Counted from the stretch's first letter, positions 1-9,542 are shown. The stretch is DNA of 64,000 nucleotides from an uncultured Trueperaceae bacterium (GCA_963815215.1 CAWFFU010000012.1:64001-128000); one strand, 5' to 3'. Notes: a model not told the origin generated them from the sequence alone. Made by a program: numbers and translations.

Positions 1-308
1 ACCTGGCGCGCGCCTTCGAGGGCGCCGATCTGCTGCTCACGCCGACCGCGCCGAGCGCCGCCTACCGGTTGGGCGAGAAGGTCGACGATCCGCTGGCGAT
101 GTACCTGGGCGACGTCTGCACCTGCCTGGCGAACCTCTCCGGCCTGCCGGCCGTCAGCGTACCTGCCGGACGCACCGAGGAGGGCTTGCCGACCGGCGTG
201 CAGCTGATGGCTCCCGCGCTGCAGGAGGCGCTCCTGCTGCGTGTGAGCGCCGCGCTCGAGGCGCGCGCGGGCGACGCCTTCGCGCCGCTGGCGCCGCGCG
301 CCGCCTGA
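1..308 (+). CDS. gatA: Asp-tRNA(Asn)/Glu-tRNA(Gln) amidotransferase subunit A, C-terminal part (5' truncated)
   Basis: Frame 3 reads ...DLLLTPTAPSAAYRLGEKVDDPLAMYLGDVCTCLANLSGLPAVSVPAG...GLPTGVQLMA, the typical GatA C-terminus. Confidence 0.9.
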   Translation, partial: LARAFEGADLLLTPTAPSAAYRLGEKVDDPLAMYLGDVCTCLANLSGLPAVSVPAGRTEEGLPTGVQLMAPALQEALLLRVSAALEARAGDAFAPLAPRAA

Positions 309-334
309 GGTCGCCGCGCGCGGCGACCTCAGGC
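303..334. terminator. Perfect 32-bp palindrome between convergent genes (probable bidirectional terminator)
   Basis: gcctgaggtcgccgcg|cgcggcgacctcaggc; contains both stop codons; no U-tract. Confidence 0.6.
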
Positions 335-1486
335 CTCGAACAGCTCCCTCGGGAAGTCGGTCAGCACCTCGCAGCCGTCCTCGGTCACGCGGACGGTCTC
401 GCTGCACCCCACGCCGCCCTTGCCCGGGATCTGGACCCACGGCAGCAGGTGGAAGGTCATGTTGTGTTGCAGCGGTCGCCCCTCGCCGGGCTTCATGCTG
501 AGGATCTGCCCCTCGCCCCAGTCGGGGGGCACCGCGATGCCGATGGAGTAGGCGGTGCGGGACGCCTGGTTGTCGCCGAAGCCGGCGTCGGCGATGAGGG
601 TGCGGCACACGCGGTCGACCTCGCCGGCCGGCACGCCCGGACGGATGGCGTGCGTAGCGGCCTCGACGGCTTGCACCACCACCTCGAAGGCGCGCTTCAG
701 CTCCGGGTCGGCGTGCCCCACCACCACGGTCCGCATCATCGCGGCGTGGTAGCGATTGCGGCAGCCGCCGACCTCCAGGAATACGCTGTCGTGATCCTGG
801 ATGGTGCGCCCCTTCCAGGTGGCGTGGCCGATGGCGCCGCGCTCGCCGGAGGCGATGAAGGGCACGATCGACGGCCAGTGGCTGCCTCCGCGGATGAGCG
901 CGGCCATCAGCTCGGCCGCGACCTCGTCCTCGGTGCGGCCGCTCGCCACGGCGTTCACGCCCGCCCGCATGGCGACGGCGGCGGCGGCCGCGGCGTGCCG
1001 GATCTGCTCGACCTCCACGTCGGACTTGACCAGTCGCAGCCGCTCGACGAGCCCCGAGACGTCCACGAAGGTGGCGGCGGGAAGCGCGCCGAGCAAGCGC
1101 CGCTGCTGCGAGGCCGTGAAGAACCAGCAGTCCTGTTCGTAGCCCACTCGCGCGTTCGCCAGACCGCTCTCGATCAGGCGTGCGGCCAGCGTGGCCATGT
1201 TGTCGTCGCTGTCGAAGTAGCTGTAGTTGAGTTCGAGCCAGGTTCCGTCCTCGATCCCGCTCGTCTCCAACAGGCGCGAGAAGGTGAAGGGCTCGCCCCG
1301 GAGCGGCACCACCAGCGCTTGGAACCAGTAGTGGCCGGGCGAGTCGAAGCCGGTGAGGTAGGTGATGTTCTCCGGCGTGGTGGTCAATACGGCGTCGAGC
1401 TCCTGCACCGCCATCACGCCGCGCAGGGCGGCCAGCCGTCGCCGGTACTCCTGCATGGGAAAGACGAGGTCGTCGCGCTGACGCAT
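329..1486 (-). CDS. eutD: Ectoine hydrolase EutD/DoeA-like protein (M24 pita-bread fold)
   Basis: FPMQEYRRRL N-terminus, FLEVGGCRNRYHA, AYSIGIAVPPDWGE and MTFHLLP resemble DoeA/EutD; M24 metal ligands mostly replaced; ehu/eut genes adjacent. Confidence 0.8.
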   Translation of the reverse strand: MRQRDDLVFPMQEYRRRLAALRGVMAVQELDAVLTTTPENITYLTGFDSPGHYWFQALVVPLRGEPFTFSRLLETSGIEDGTWLELNYSYFDSDDNMATLAARLIESGLANARVGYEQDCWFFTASQQRRLLGALPAATFVDVSGLVERLRLVKSDVEVEQIRHAAAAAAVAMRAGVNAVASGRTEDEVAAELMAALIRGGSHWPSIVPFIASGERGAIGHATWKGRTIQDHDSVFLEVGGCRNRYHAAMMRTVVVGHADPELKRAFEVVVQAVEAATHAIRPGVPAGEVDRVCRTLIADAGFGDNQASRTAYSIGIAVPPDWGEGQILSMKPGEGRPLQHNMTFHLLPWVQIPGKGGVGCSETVRVTEDGCEVLTDFPRELFEA

Positions 1487-1516
1487 CCATCGGTCCCTTC
1501 CGCCCGCGGCCCGAGG

Positions 1517-1546
1517 TTGACAACCTCTCGGCGGGGCGCGTACACT
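1517..1546 (+). promoter_or_regulatory. Sigma70-type promoter for the gntR-lyase-ehu-eut operon
   Basis: TTGACA (1517-1522), 18-bp spacer, TACACT (1541-1546). Confidence 0.7.
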
Positions 1547-1550
1547 CTCG

Positions 1551-1573
1551 ATGTCTACAACTTGTATACAAGT
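1551..1573. promoter_or_regulatory. GntR/FadR-type operator
   Basis: Perfect 14-bp palindrome ACTTGTATACAAGT (1560-1573) preceded by an imperfect copy ATGTCTACAA; AT-rich in a GC-rich background; next to a GntR gene. Confidence 0.7.
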
Positions 1574-1587
1574 GCTCTGTCACCCGC

Positions 1588-1617
1588 ATTCTAGGTCTCT
1601 TGTTCCCTGCGGGTCAA
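1588..1617 (-). promoter_or_regulatory. Sigma70-type promoter for eutD
   Basis: Minus strand TTGACC (1617-1612), 18-bp spacer, TAGAAT (1593-1588). Confidence 0.65.
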
Positions 1618-1679
1618 CCATCATCGGGGCAAGCGGCCACCCGCCCCGGTCCTCGCTGAGGGAAGGCATTCGCAAGACT

Positions 1680-2366
1680 ATGCATCCACGCGAAACCGTC
1701 GAGCGCCCTCGCGGCGTCGTCATCATCTACCGCGAGCTGCGCGACCGGATCTGCCTGCTGCATTACCCACCGGGAGCGATGCTGAGCGAGAACGCGCTGG
1801 CGGAGGAGTTCGGCGTGAGCCGCACGCCCATCCGGCAGGCGCTGCAACGCCTGGAGTTCGAGGGTCTGGTGGTGAGTCGGCACGGGGTGGGCACCATGGT
1901 CACCACCGTCGACCTGCGGTACCTGCGGGAGGTCTACGCCCTGCGCCTGAAGCTGATCGACCTGATCGGTGAGATCCCTCCGGCACGCATCACCCACGGC
2001 GACCTCGACATCCTGGCGGAGCTGGCGGCCGAGGCGCGCGAGCTGCGGGGGAAGCGCGGGCCGCAGGCTCTGGCGCGCGTCTACTACCGCTTCAACGAGG
2101 AGCTCTCACGCGCCACCGGCAACCAGCCGCTGCGGGAGATCGCCGACCGGCTGTTCTGGCAGACGGCGCGGGTGTGGCTCCAACTGCTGCCGGAGATGAC
2201 CTGGGAGAACGAGGTGGACATCATCGTGGACGAGATCGAGAGCGTGCTTCAGGCGCTCAGGCGCGAGGACATGCAGGGTGTGGCGGCGGTCCGCCGCAAG
2301 CACATGGTGCTCTGTCTGGGTCGCGTCAACAGCTATCTGGAAGGTCCTATCTTGGCCCTGCCGTGA
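1680..2366 (+). CDS. GntR-family transcriptional regulator (FadR/FCD type)
   Basis: LSENALAEEFGVSRTPIRQALQRLEFEGLV winged HTH plus an all-helical FCD-like C-terminus; ATG 1680 preferred. Confidence 0.9.
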   Translation: MHPRETVERPRGVVIIYRELRDRICLLHYPPGAMLSENALAEEFGVSRTPIRQALQRLEFEGLVVSRHGVGTMVTTVDLRYLREVYALRLKLIDLIGEIPPARITHGDLDILAELAAEARELRGKRGPQALARVYYRFNEELSRATGNQPLREIADRLFWQTARVWLQLLPEMTWENEVDIIVDEIESVLQALRREDMQGVAAVRRKHMVLCLGRVNSYLEGPILALP

Positions 2367-2411
2367 GGCGGGCCGAACCGACGGCAACAGAGTTCGACTG
2401 GGAGGTCAAGG

Positions 2412-3626
2412 ATGACGAAGCGGCGTGAACCGGCGCTGGAAACGCTCGCCGTGTGGGCGGGCGAGGATCGACCCACCATGCAGAGGGCGACGCAGGTGCC
2501 CGTGGTGCACAGCGTGTCCTTCGGCTACGACGATCTGGACGAATGGCGCGACGTCGCGCTCGGCAGGCGCGAGGGCCACATCTACGGCCGCAACACCAAC
2601 CCCACGGTGCAGGCGTTCGAGGAGAAGGTGCGCCAACTCGAGGGAGGCGAAGCGGCGACGAGCTTCGCCACCGGCATGGCGGCGATCAGCAACACCCTGT
2701 TCACGCTGCTGGCTCCCGGCCGGCGGGTGGTGTCGGTGAAGGACACCTACGGCGGCACCAACAAGATCTTCACCGAGTTCCTGCCGCGCTTCGGCGTCGA
2801 GGTGCAGCTCTGCGACACCGCCGACGTCGACGCCATCGAGGCCGAGGTGGCGAGGGGCTGCGACGTGCTCTACCTGGAGACCCCGACCAACCCCACCTGC
2901 AAGATCATGGACATCCGGCGGCTCGCCGACGCCGCCCGGCGCGTGGGCGCCACGGTGGTGGTCGACAACACCTTCGCCACCCCCATCAACCAGAACCCGC
3001 TCGCGCTCGGCGCGGACCTGGTCATTCACAGCGCGACCAAGTACCTGGGAGGTCATGCCGACGCGCTCGGCGGCGCCCTGGTGGGGTCGAAGGAGCTGGT
3101 GCACGACGTGTACCACTACCGCGAGATCAACGGCGCCACGCTCCACCCGGAGGCCGCCTACCTGCTTTTGCGCGGCATGAAGACGCTCGGCCTGCGCATC
3201 GCTCGCCAGAACGCCAGCGCCCTGGCCGTCGCACGGCACCTCTCCGACCATCCCGCCGTCACGGCGGTGTTCTATCCGGGCCTGGAGAGCCACCCCAACC
3301 ACGACGTGGCCGAGCGCCAGATGCGGGGCTACGGCGGCATGCTGTCGTTCCAGCTCGAGGGCGGCTTCGAGGCCGTCAAGATCTTCCTGCCGCGCCTGCG
3401 TTTCGCGCATCGGGCGGCCAACCTGGGGACCGTGGAGACCGTGGTGGCGCCTCCGGCGACCGGCAGCCACGTCGAGTTGACGGCCGAGGAGCGTGCCGCC
3501 ATGGGTATCCCCGAGAGCCTGGTGCGCTACTCGGTGGGCATCGAGGACGTCCACGATCTCATCGACGACCTGGATCAGGCGCTGGCCCATACCGTCGAGC
3601 GGATCGGTGCAGGGGCGGCCGGATGA
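2412..3626 (+). CDS. PLP-dependent Cys/Met-metabolism family gamma-lyase/synthase
   Basis: YGRNTNPT, TGMAAI, YGGT, ETPTNP, VDNTFATP, HSATKYLGGH (PLP lysine), RYSVGIED; RBS ggagg. Confidence 0.9.
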   Translation: MTKRREPALETLAVWAGEDRPTMQRATQVPVVHSVSFGYDDLDEWRDVALGRREGHIYGRNTNPTVQAFEEKVRQLEGGEAATSFATGMAAISNTLFTLLAPGRRVVSVKDTYGGTNKIFTEFLPRFGVEVQLCDTADVDAIEAEVARGCDVLYLETPTNPTCKIMDIRRLADAARRVGATVVVDNTFATPINQNPLALGADLVIHSATKYLGGHADALGGALVGSKELVHDVYHYREINGATLHPEAAYLLLRGMKTLGLRIARQNASALAVARHLSDHPAVTAVFYPGLESHPNHDVAERQMRGYGGMLSFQLEGGFEAVKIFLPRLRFAHRAANLGTVETVVAPPATGSHVELTAEERAAMGIPESLVRYSVGIEDVHDLIDDLDQALAHTVERIGAGAAG

Positions 3627-4654
3627 CCGTCACCCGTCTGGCCCTCATCGGTTTCGGTACCGTCGGGCAGGGGTTCGCGCAGATCCTGGCCGAGCGCGGT
3701 GAGGCGCTGGCCGAGCGCCACGGGCTCGAGTTGAGCATCACCGCGGTCAGCGACTTCAAGCGCGGCAGCGTCTACCGGGCGAAGGGCTTCGACCCCCGAG
3801 AGCTGCTGGACGCCGCCGACGCGCTCGAGGCGCTCGACGCCGACGCCAAGGGCTGGGACGCCATGACCACCATCCGGGAGTCGGGTGCCGACGTCGTCGC
3901 CGAGCTCAGCTTCACCGACCTGAAGACCGGCGAGCCGGCTCTGACCCATGTGCGCGAGGCGCTGACGCGCGGCATGGACGTGGTGACCACCAACAAGGGG
4001 CCCATCGCCCTGCGCTTCGCCGAGCTGCGCCGCCTCGCGGCCGAGCACGGCGCCGGCATCGGCGTGGAGGGCACGGTGATGAGCGGGACGCCCACGCTGG
4101 CGCTGGGCGCGGGCCTGCTGGCGGGCGCCGGCGTCAGCCGCATCCAGGGCATCCTGAACGGGACCACCAACTTCATCCTCACGCGCATGGAGGCCGGACT
4201 CGACTTCGCCGCCGCGCTGGCCGAGGCGCAACGGCTGGGCTACGCCGAGGCCGATCCCAGCGGCGATGTCGATGGTGTCGACGCCGCCGGGAAGGTGGTG
4301 ATCCTGGCCAACCTGGTCATGGACGCGCCCCTGGCGATGGACGACGTCACGCGCCAGGGGATCGGCGACATCACGCCGGCCGACATCGCCGCCGCCGCCG
4401 CTGCGGGTGAGCGCTGGAAGCTGCTCGGCAGCGTGGAGCGCGCGCCCGACGGTAGCGTGCGTGCCAGCGTGGGACCGCAGCGCGTGCCGCTGTCGCACCC
4501 GCTGGCGGGCATCGGGGGACCGACCAACGCCTGCACCTTCACCACCGACCTGCTGGACGACGTCACCATCGTCGGTCCCGGAGCGGGCCGCCTCGCCACG
4601 GGCTACGCGCTCGTCGAGGACCTGATCGCGCTGCGGAGCGGCGGGAGGCGCTGA
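3623..4654 (+). CDS. hom: Homoserine dehydrogenase (short form, no ACT domain)
   Basis: ATG overlaps the lyase stop (ATGA); GFGTVG, VVTTNK, EGTVMSGTP, GILNGTTNFIL, GYAEADPSGDVDGVDAAGK, GPGAG. Confidence 0.9.
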   Translation: MTVTRLALIGFGTVGQGFAQILAERGEALAERHGLELSITAVSDFKRGSVYRAKGFDPRELLDAADALEALDADAKGWDAMTTIRESGADVVAELSFTDLKTGEPALTHVREALTRGMDVVTTNKGPIALRFAELRRLAAEHGAGIGVEGTVMSGTPTLALGAGLLAGAGVSRIQGILNGTTNFILTRMEAGLDFAAALAEAQRLGYAEADPSGDVDGVDAAGKVVILANLVMDAPLAMDDVTRQGIGDITPADIAAAAAAGERWKLLGSVERAPDGSVRASVGPQRVPLSHPLAGIGGPTNACTFTTDLLDDVTIVGPGAGRLATGYALVEDLIALRSGGRR

Positions 4655-4657
4655 GCC

Positions 4658-6073
4658 ATGGAGATGTTGCTGGCAGGGGAATGGGTCACGCGCGACGCCG
4701 TGATCGAGGTGACGGATCCCGACGACGGTAGGGTCATCGACACCGTCCCCCAGGGCACCACCGATGACATGGAGCGAGCCCTGGACGCCGCCGAACGCGG
4801 CGCTGCGCTCGCCCGGGCGCTGCCGACGCACCGGCGCATGGCGGTGCTCGCGGAGGCGGCGCAGCGTCTCGAGCGCGACCAGGAGTCGTTCGCGCGACAG
4901 ATCGCACAAGAGGGCGTCAAGACCATCCGGGAGGCGCGCAAGGAGGCGAGCCGGGCGGCGGACACGTTGCGCCTCAGCGCCGAGGAGGCCCGGCGCGTGC
5001 ACGGCGAGACGCTGGCCTTCGATCAGCGCCCCGGCAGCGAGGGGCGCTTCGGCTACTACGTTCGCGAGCCGGTGGGCATCGTCGCGGCCATCACCCCCTT
5101 CAACGACCCGCTCAATCTGGTCGCCCACAAGGTGGGGCCCGCCATCGCCGCCGGCAATGCCGTCGTGCTCAAACCCGACTCCAAGACACCGTTGAGCGCC
5201 CTGAAGCTCGGCGCGCTGCTGCTCGACAGCGGCCTGCCGCCCGACCTGCTGCAGATCATCACGGGCCGCGGCAGCGTCATCGGGGATGTGCTGGTGCGTG
5301 ACCCGAGGGTACGGGTGGTGTCGTTCACGGGGGGCCGCGACGCCGGCGAGGCGATCGTTCGCGCGGGCGGCCTCAAGCGCTACAGCATGGAGCTCGGTAG
5401 CAACGCGCCCACCATCGTCATGGACGATGCCGATCTCGACGCTGCTGTGCCGGCCATCGTGTCCGGCGCCTTCTGGGCCGCCGGGCAGAACTGCCTGCAC
5501 GTGCAGCGCCTGCTGGTGCAACAGGGCGTGTACGACGAGGTCCGCGACCGCATGGTGGCGGGCGCGGAGGCGGTCCGTAGCGGCCCGAAGCTCGACGAGA
5601 CCACCGACATGGGGCCCATCATCGACGCGGCCAACGTCGTGCGAATCGCCGCCATGGTACAAGAGGTCCGGACCGCTGGAGCCCGCCTCCTCACGGGAGG
5701 TGGCCATGAAGGCACGCACTTCGAGCCAACGCTGCTCGAGGGTGTCCCGACCGATAGCCGGCTCGCCCGCGACGAGGTGTACGGCCCGGTCACGATCCTC
5801 CAACGCGTCCACGACCTGAACGAGGCTGTCGCCGTCGCGAACGATGTCGACTACGGCCTTCAGGCGGCCGTCTTCACCCGTGACCTCGACACCGCGCATC
5901 GCGCGGTCTCCGCCCTCCACTACGGAGGCGTGATGGTCAACGACAGCACCGATTACCGCATCGACGCCATGCCATTCGGCGGCGTCAAGGGTTCGGGGCT
6001 CGGACGTGAAGGCGTCGAGTTCGCGATCCACGAGATGACCGAGCTCAAGCTCGCGAGCTTCGTCCTGCATTGA
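4658..6073 (+). CDS. NAD(P)-dependent aldehyde dehydrogenase
   Basis: [26 protein letters not shown] (catalytic Cys), [19 protein letters not shown]. Confidence 0.92.
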   Translation: MEMLLAGEWVTRDAVIEVTDPDDGRVIDTVPQGTTDDMERALDAAERGAALARALPTHRRMAVLAEAAQRLERDQESFARQIAQEGVKTIREARKEASRAADTLRLSAEEARRVHGETLAFDQRPGSEGRFGYYVREPVGIVAAITPFNDPLNLVAHKVGPAIAAGNAVVLKPDSKTPLSALKLGALLLDSGLPPDLLQIITGRGSVIGDVLVRDPRVRVVSFTGGRDAGEAIVRAGGLKRYSMELGSNAPTIVMDDADLDAAVPAIVSGAFWAAGQNCLHVQRLLVQQGVYDEVRDRMVAGAEAVRSGPKLDETTDMGPIIDAANVVRIAAMVQEVRTAGARLLTGGGHEGTHFEPTLLEGVPTDSRLARDEVYGPVTILQRVHDLNEAVAVANDVDYGLQAAVFTRDLDTAHRAVSALHYGGVMVNDSTDYRIDAMPFGGVKGSGLGREGVEFAIHEMTELKLASFVLH

Positions 6074-6104
6074 CGGAGCCGGCGGAACCCATGAGGAGGG
6101 ACCT

Positions 6105-6944
6105 GTGGCCGCGACCACCGAACGCGAGGCAACCCAACACGACGAGGTCGCCCGGGCCGAGGCCCTGGAGCGTGCGGAGCCGATGGTGCGCTTCGAGAAG
6201 GTGCGCAAGTCCTTCGGCTCGCTCACGGTCCTGCGCGATCTCGACTTCACGGTGCGGGCGGGGGAGAAGGTCGCGATCATCGGTCCGAGCGGCTCAGGCA
6301 AGACCACCATCCTGCGCGTGTTGATGACGCTGGTGAAGCCCAACAGCGGCAAGGTCTTCGTCGGCGGCGATCCGTTGTGGCACCGCGAGGTGGACGGCAA
6401 GGTCCTCCCCGCGCCCCAGAGCCAGCTCAGGAAGGTGCGCAATCGCATCGGGATGGTGTTCCAGCACTTCAACCTGTTCCCCAACATGAGCGTGCTGCGC
6501 AACGTCACCGAGGCGCCCATCCACGTCAAGGGGGTGGCGCGTGCCGAGGCGGAGGCGCGCGCCCGGGAGCTGCTCGATATGGTGGGTCTGGGCGACAAGT
6601 TCAAGGCCTTCCCCTCGCAGCTCTCCGGCGGGCAGAAGCAGCGCGTCGCCATCGCGCGCGCACTGGCGATGGACCCCGACCTGATGCTGTTCGACGAGGT
6701 CACCTCCGCCCTCGACCCCGAGCTCGTCGGCGAGGTACTGGGCATCCTGCGGCAGCTCGCGCACGAGACCAACATGACCATGCTGATCGTGACCCACGAG
6801 ATGGGCTTCGCCCGCGACGTCTCCGACCGCGTTGTGTTCTTCGATGCCGGTCAGGTGGCCGAGGAGGGCCCGCCCTCCAAGATCTTCAGCGAGCCCGAGA
6901 ATCCCAGGACGCAGAGCTTCCTCAAAGCAGTCCTGGAGCACTGA
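6105..6944 (+). CDS. ehuA: Ectoine/hydroxyectoine ABC transporter ATP-binding protein
   Basis: [33 protein letters not shown]; polar amino acid ABC type; eut context. Start codon uncertain. Confidence 0.85.
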   Translation: MAATTEREATQHDEVARAEALERAEPMVRFEKVRKSFGSLTVLRDLDFTVRAGEKVAIIGPSGSGKTTILRVLMTLVKPNSGKVFVGGDPLWHREVDGKVLPAPQSQLRKVRNRIGMVFQHFNLFPNMSVLRNVTEAPIHVKGVARAEAEARARELLDMVGLGDKFKAFPSQLSGGQKQRVAIARALAMDPDLMLFDEVTSALDPELVGEVLGILRQLAHETNMTMLIVTHEMGFARDVSDRVVFFDAGQVAEEGPPSKIFSEPENPRTQSFLKAVLEH

Positions 6945-7199
6945 GCAGCAGGACCGGCGGCTGCGAGGGCGCGGCCGCGACGCACACGGGCCGGCACCGT
7001 CCCGGCCGCGGAAGGATGTGAACCTATGTCCGAAGGGCCGCCGTCATGGGCCGAGGCCCCGCGCCGGAGCGCGGGGCGCGGCCGACCGACCGGCACCGGT
7101 CTGGCGCCTCCCTGGCGCCGACCGGTTACGCCACCAGGGCGCGCGCATGTGGCCACGTGCCCGCCCGAAGACTCGATGTTCGAAACACAAGGAGGAACC

Positions 7200-8063
7200 A
7201 TGGCCAACCGTACGCTCAAGACCCTCACGCTGACTCTATTCGCCGTTGTGGTCGGTGCTCTGGCCTTCGCCCAGGGCGACCTCTTGCAGCAGGTCCAACA
7301 GCGGGGCTACATCCGCGTCGCGACCGCCAACGAGATCCCCTACGGCTACATCGACCAGAACGGTGACGCCAAGGGCATCGCCCCCGACGTCGCCACCGCC
7401 GTCCTGAAGAGGATGGGGATCACCGACGTCCAGTGGATCGTCACCGAGTTCGGCTCGCTGATCCCCGGGCTCAAGGCCAACCGCTTCGACATGGCGGCCG
7501 CCAGCCAGGCCATCCTGCCGGCCCGGTGCCAGCAGGTGATCTACTCCAAGCCGAACTCCAGTTACGGTGAAGGGCTCATGGTCCCCGCGGGCAACCCGAA
7601 GAGCATCCACGGGTACGACGCCTTCGTGAACGACTCCAGCCTCAAGCTCGGCATCGTGTCGGGTGCCGACGAGCTCGATTTCGCCCACGCCATGGGGATC
7701 TCGGACAGCCAGATCGTGATGATCCCGGCCAACACGGACGCCCTGTCGGCAGTCACGACCGGTCGCATCGACGCCTACGCCGGTACCGGCCTGACGGTCG
7801 ATCGCCTGGCGAAGAAGTCTGACAAGGTCGAGCCGGTGGACCCGTTCAACGACCCCGTCGTCAACGGCAAGCCGGTCCGGAGCTGGGGCGGTTTCACCTT
7901 CAACAGCAACAACACCGCCTTCCGCGACGCCTACAACAAGGAGCTCGCGGCCTTCCAGCAGACCCCCGAGTACGCCAAGATCCTGACGAGCTACGGTCTG
8001 TCCAACACCGACGTTCAGCAGGCCCTGGCGAAGACCACCCAGGAGCTGTGCAGCGGACAGTAG
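7200..8063 (+). CDS. ehuB: Ectoine/hydroxyectoine ABC transporter substrate-binding protein
   Basis: RBS aaggagg; signal peptide; ANEIPYGY, APDVA, EFGSLIPGL, PARC, GNPK, C-terminal ELC resemble EhuB. Confidence 0.88.
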   Translation: MANRTLKTLTLTLFAVVVGALAFAQGDLLQQVQQRGYIRVATANEIPYGYIDQNGDAKGIAPDVATAVLKRMGITDVQWIVTEFGSLIPGLKANRFDMAAASQAILPARCQQVIYSKPNSSYGEGLMVPAGNPKSIHGYDAFVNDSSLKLGIVSGADELDFAHAMGISDSQIVMIPANTDALSAVTTGRIDAYAGTGLTVDRLAKKSDKVEPVDPFNDPVVNGKPVRSWGGFTFNSNNTAFRDAYNKELAAFQQTPEYAKILTSYGLSNTDVQQALAKTTQELCSGQ

Positions 8064-8073
8064 CTTCTGAACG

Positions 8074-8105
8074 GGCGGGCGGGTGCCTCGAGGCACCCGC
8101 CCGCC
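8074..8105 (+). terminator. Perfect 32-bp palindrome after ehuB (attenuating or mRNA-stabilising hairpin)
   Basis: ggcgggcgggtgcctc|gaggcacccgcccgcc followed by tccttatcttcttt. Confidence 0.65.
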
Positions 8106-8184
8106 TCCTTATCTTCTTTCGGGCCGCGGCGCGGGAGCGAGGCTCCTGGCGCACGCACCACCTCTGGAAGGGGGGAGGACGGGC

Positions 8185-8853
8185 ATGGACCTGAGCACCC
8201 TGCTTCCGCCGTTGCTCAAAGGCGCGCGGCTCACGGCCGAGCTGGCCCTGATGTCGACGGTTCTCGGAGGCGTGATGGCCTTCGTGGCCGGCATCGGGAA
8301 GCTCTCGCGCTTCTGGCCGGCGCGCATCCTATCGATCGTGTACGTGGAGGTCTTCCGCGGCACCAGTCTTCTGGTGCAGATGTTCTGGCTCTATTACGCG
8401 TTACCGCTGCTGGGCGTCAGCCTCAGCGCGACCCTGGCGGGCGTCCTGGCGCTCGGCCTCAACATCGGCGCCTACGGTGCCGAGGTCGTACGCGGCGCCA
8501 TCCTATCGGTGCCCACGGGCCAGTACGAGGCGTCGCTGGCCCTCAACTTCACGCGCCGCCACACGCTCTGGAACGTGGTGCTGCCGCAGGCGGTGGTCGA
8601 GATGATGCCCCCGTTCGGCAACCTGGTCGTGCAGAACCTCAAGGACACCGCGTTGGTCTCGTTGATCACCCTCAGTGACCTGACCTTCCGCGCCCAGAGC
8701 CTGCGCAACCTGACGCTGGAGACGGTGCCGATCTACAGCGCCACGCTGGTGCTCTACTTCGCCATGGCGCTGGTGTTGATGGTCGGCATGCGCTGGATCG
8801 AGCGCGCCGTCGCGCATCGCGTCGGCGTGACCGCGGCGAGGTCACGCTCATGA
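8185..8853 (+). CDS. ehuC: Ectoine ABC transporter permease
   Basis: RBS ggagga; YVEVFRGTSLLVQMFW, AYGAEVVRGAI, GQYEAS. Confidence 0.85.
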   Translation: MDLSTLLPPLLKGARLTAELALMSTVLGGVMAFVAGIGKLSRFWPARILSIVYVEVFRGTSLLVQMFWLYYALPLLGVSLSATLAGVLALGLNIGAYGAEVVRGAILSVPTGQYEASLALNFTRRHTLWNVVLPQAVVEMMPPFGNLVVQNLKDTALVSLITLSDLTFRAQSLRNLTLETVPIYSATLVLYFAMALVLMVGMRWIERAVAHRVGVTAARSRS

Positions 8854-9542
8854 TGTTCGGCATCCACTGGGACCTCAGCTCCAACGGAGCGTTCGCAGTG
8901 TCCATCCTCCCCATCCTGCTGCGCGGCATGATCATCACCATCGAGGCCACCGCGCTCGGCTTCCTGGTGGCGCTGGTCCTCGGGCTGGTCTTCGCGCTGT
9001 TGCGCGCCGTTCCCATGAAGTTGGTGGCCTGGCCGACGGCCTTCGTCATCGAGTTCGTGCGCGACACGCCGCTGCTGGTGCAGCTCTACTTCCTGTACTT
9101 CGTGCTGCCGAACTTCGGCATCGTACTGCCGGCCTTCCTCACGGGCGCCCTCGCGCTCGGCGTGCAGTACAGCGCCTACACCTCGGAGGTGTATCGCGCC
9201 GGTCTCGAGGCGGTGCCCCGCGGCCAGTGGGAGGCGTCGTTGGCGCTCAACATGCCCACCTGGCTGGTGTACCGCGACGTGGTCGTGCCCCAGGCCGTAC
9301 CGAGGGTGATCCCCGCGCTCGGCAACTATCTCGTGTCGATGCTCAAGGACACCCCGATCCTTTCGGCGGTGACGGTGCTGGAGATGCTGAACCTGGCCAC
9401 CATCATCGGCGACCGCACCTTCCGCTACCTGGTTCCGCTGTCGATGGTGGGTGGGCTGTTCCTGGTGTTGACGCTGTTCAGCTCCTGGCTGGTGCGGGTG
9501 CTGGAGCGTCGCATGCCCAACGACGGCATCCCGCTCCGGTAG
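8850..9542 (+). CDS. ehuD: Ectoine ABC transporter permease
   Basis: ATGA overlap; EFVRDTPLLVQLY, YSAYTSEVYRAG, GQWEA, LGNYLVSMLKDTP. Confidence 0.85.
   Translation: MMFGIHWDLSSNGAFAVSILPILLRGMIITIEATALGFLVALVLGLVFALLRAVPMKLVAWPTAFVIEFVRDTPLLVQLYFLYFVLPNFGIVLPAFLTGALALGVQYSAYTSEVYRAGLEAVPRGQWEASLALNMPTWLVYRDVVVPQAVPRVIPALGNYLVSMLKDTPILSAVTVLEMLNLATIIGDRTFRYLVPLSMVGGLFLVLTLFSSWLVRVLERRMPNDGIPLR

Noticed and set aside
1..308. Amidase-signature gene as the acetamidase of the proposed ectoine route
   Set aside because: The sequence (GEKVDDPLAMYLGD) is typical GatA, and it is convergent with and outside the island.
2453..3622. Long N-terminal extension of the homoserine dehydrogenase ORF
   Set aside because: Arg-rich off-frame overlap with the lyase; the real start is the ATGA-coupled ATG at 3623.
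3575..6781. 1068-aa minus-strand ORF and similar long shadow ORFs (e.g. 19907-21979, 35352-37343, 49689-51809, 60371-62638)
   Set aside because: They are antisense to well-supported genes, have no motifs, and are expected from stop-codon scarcity at high GC.
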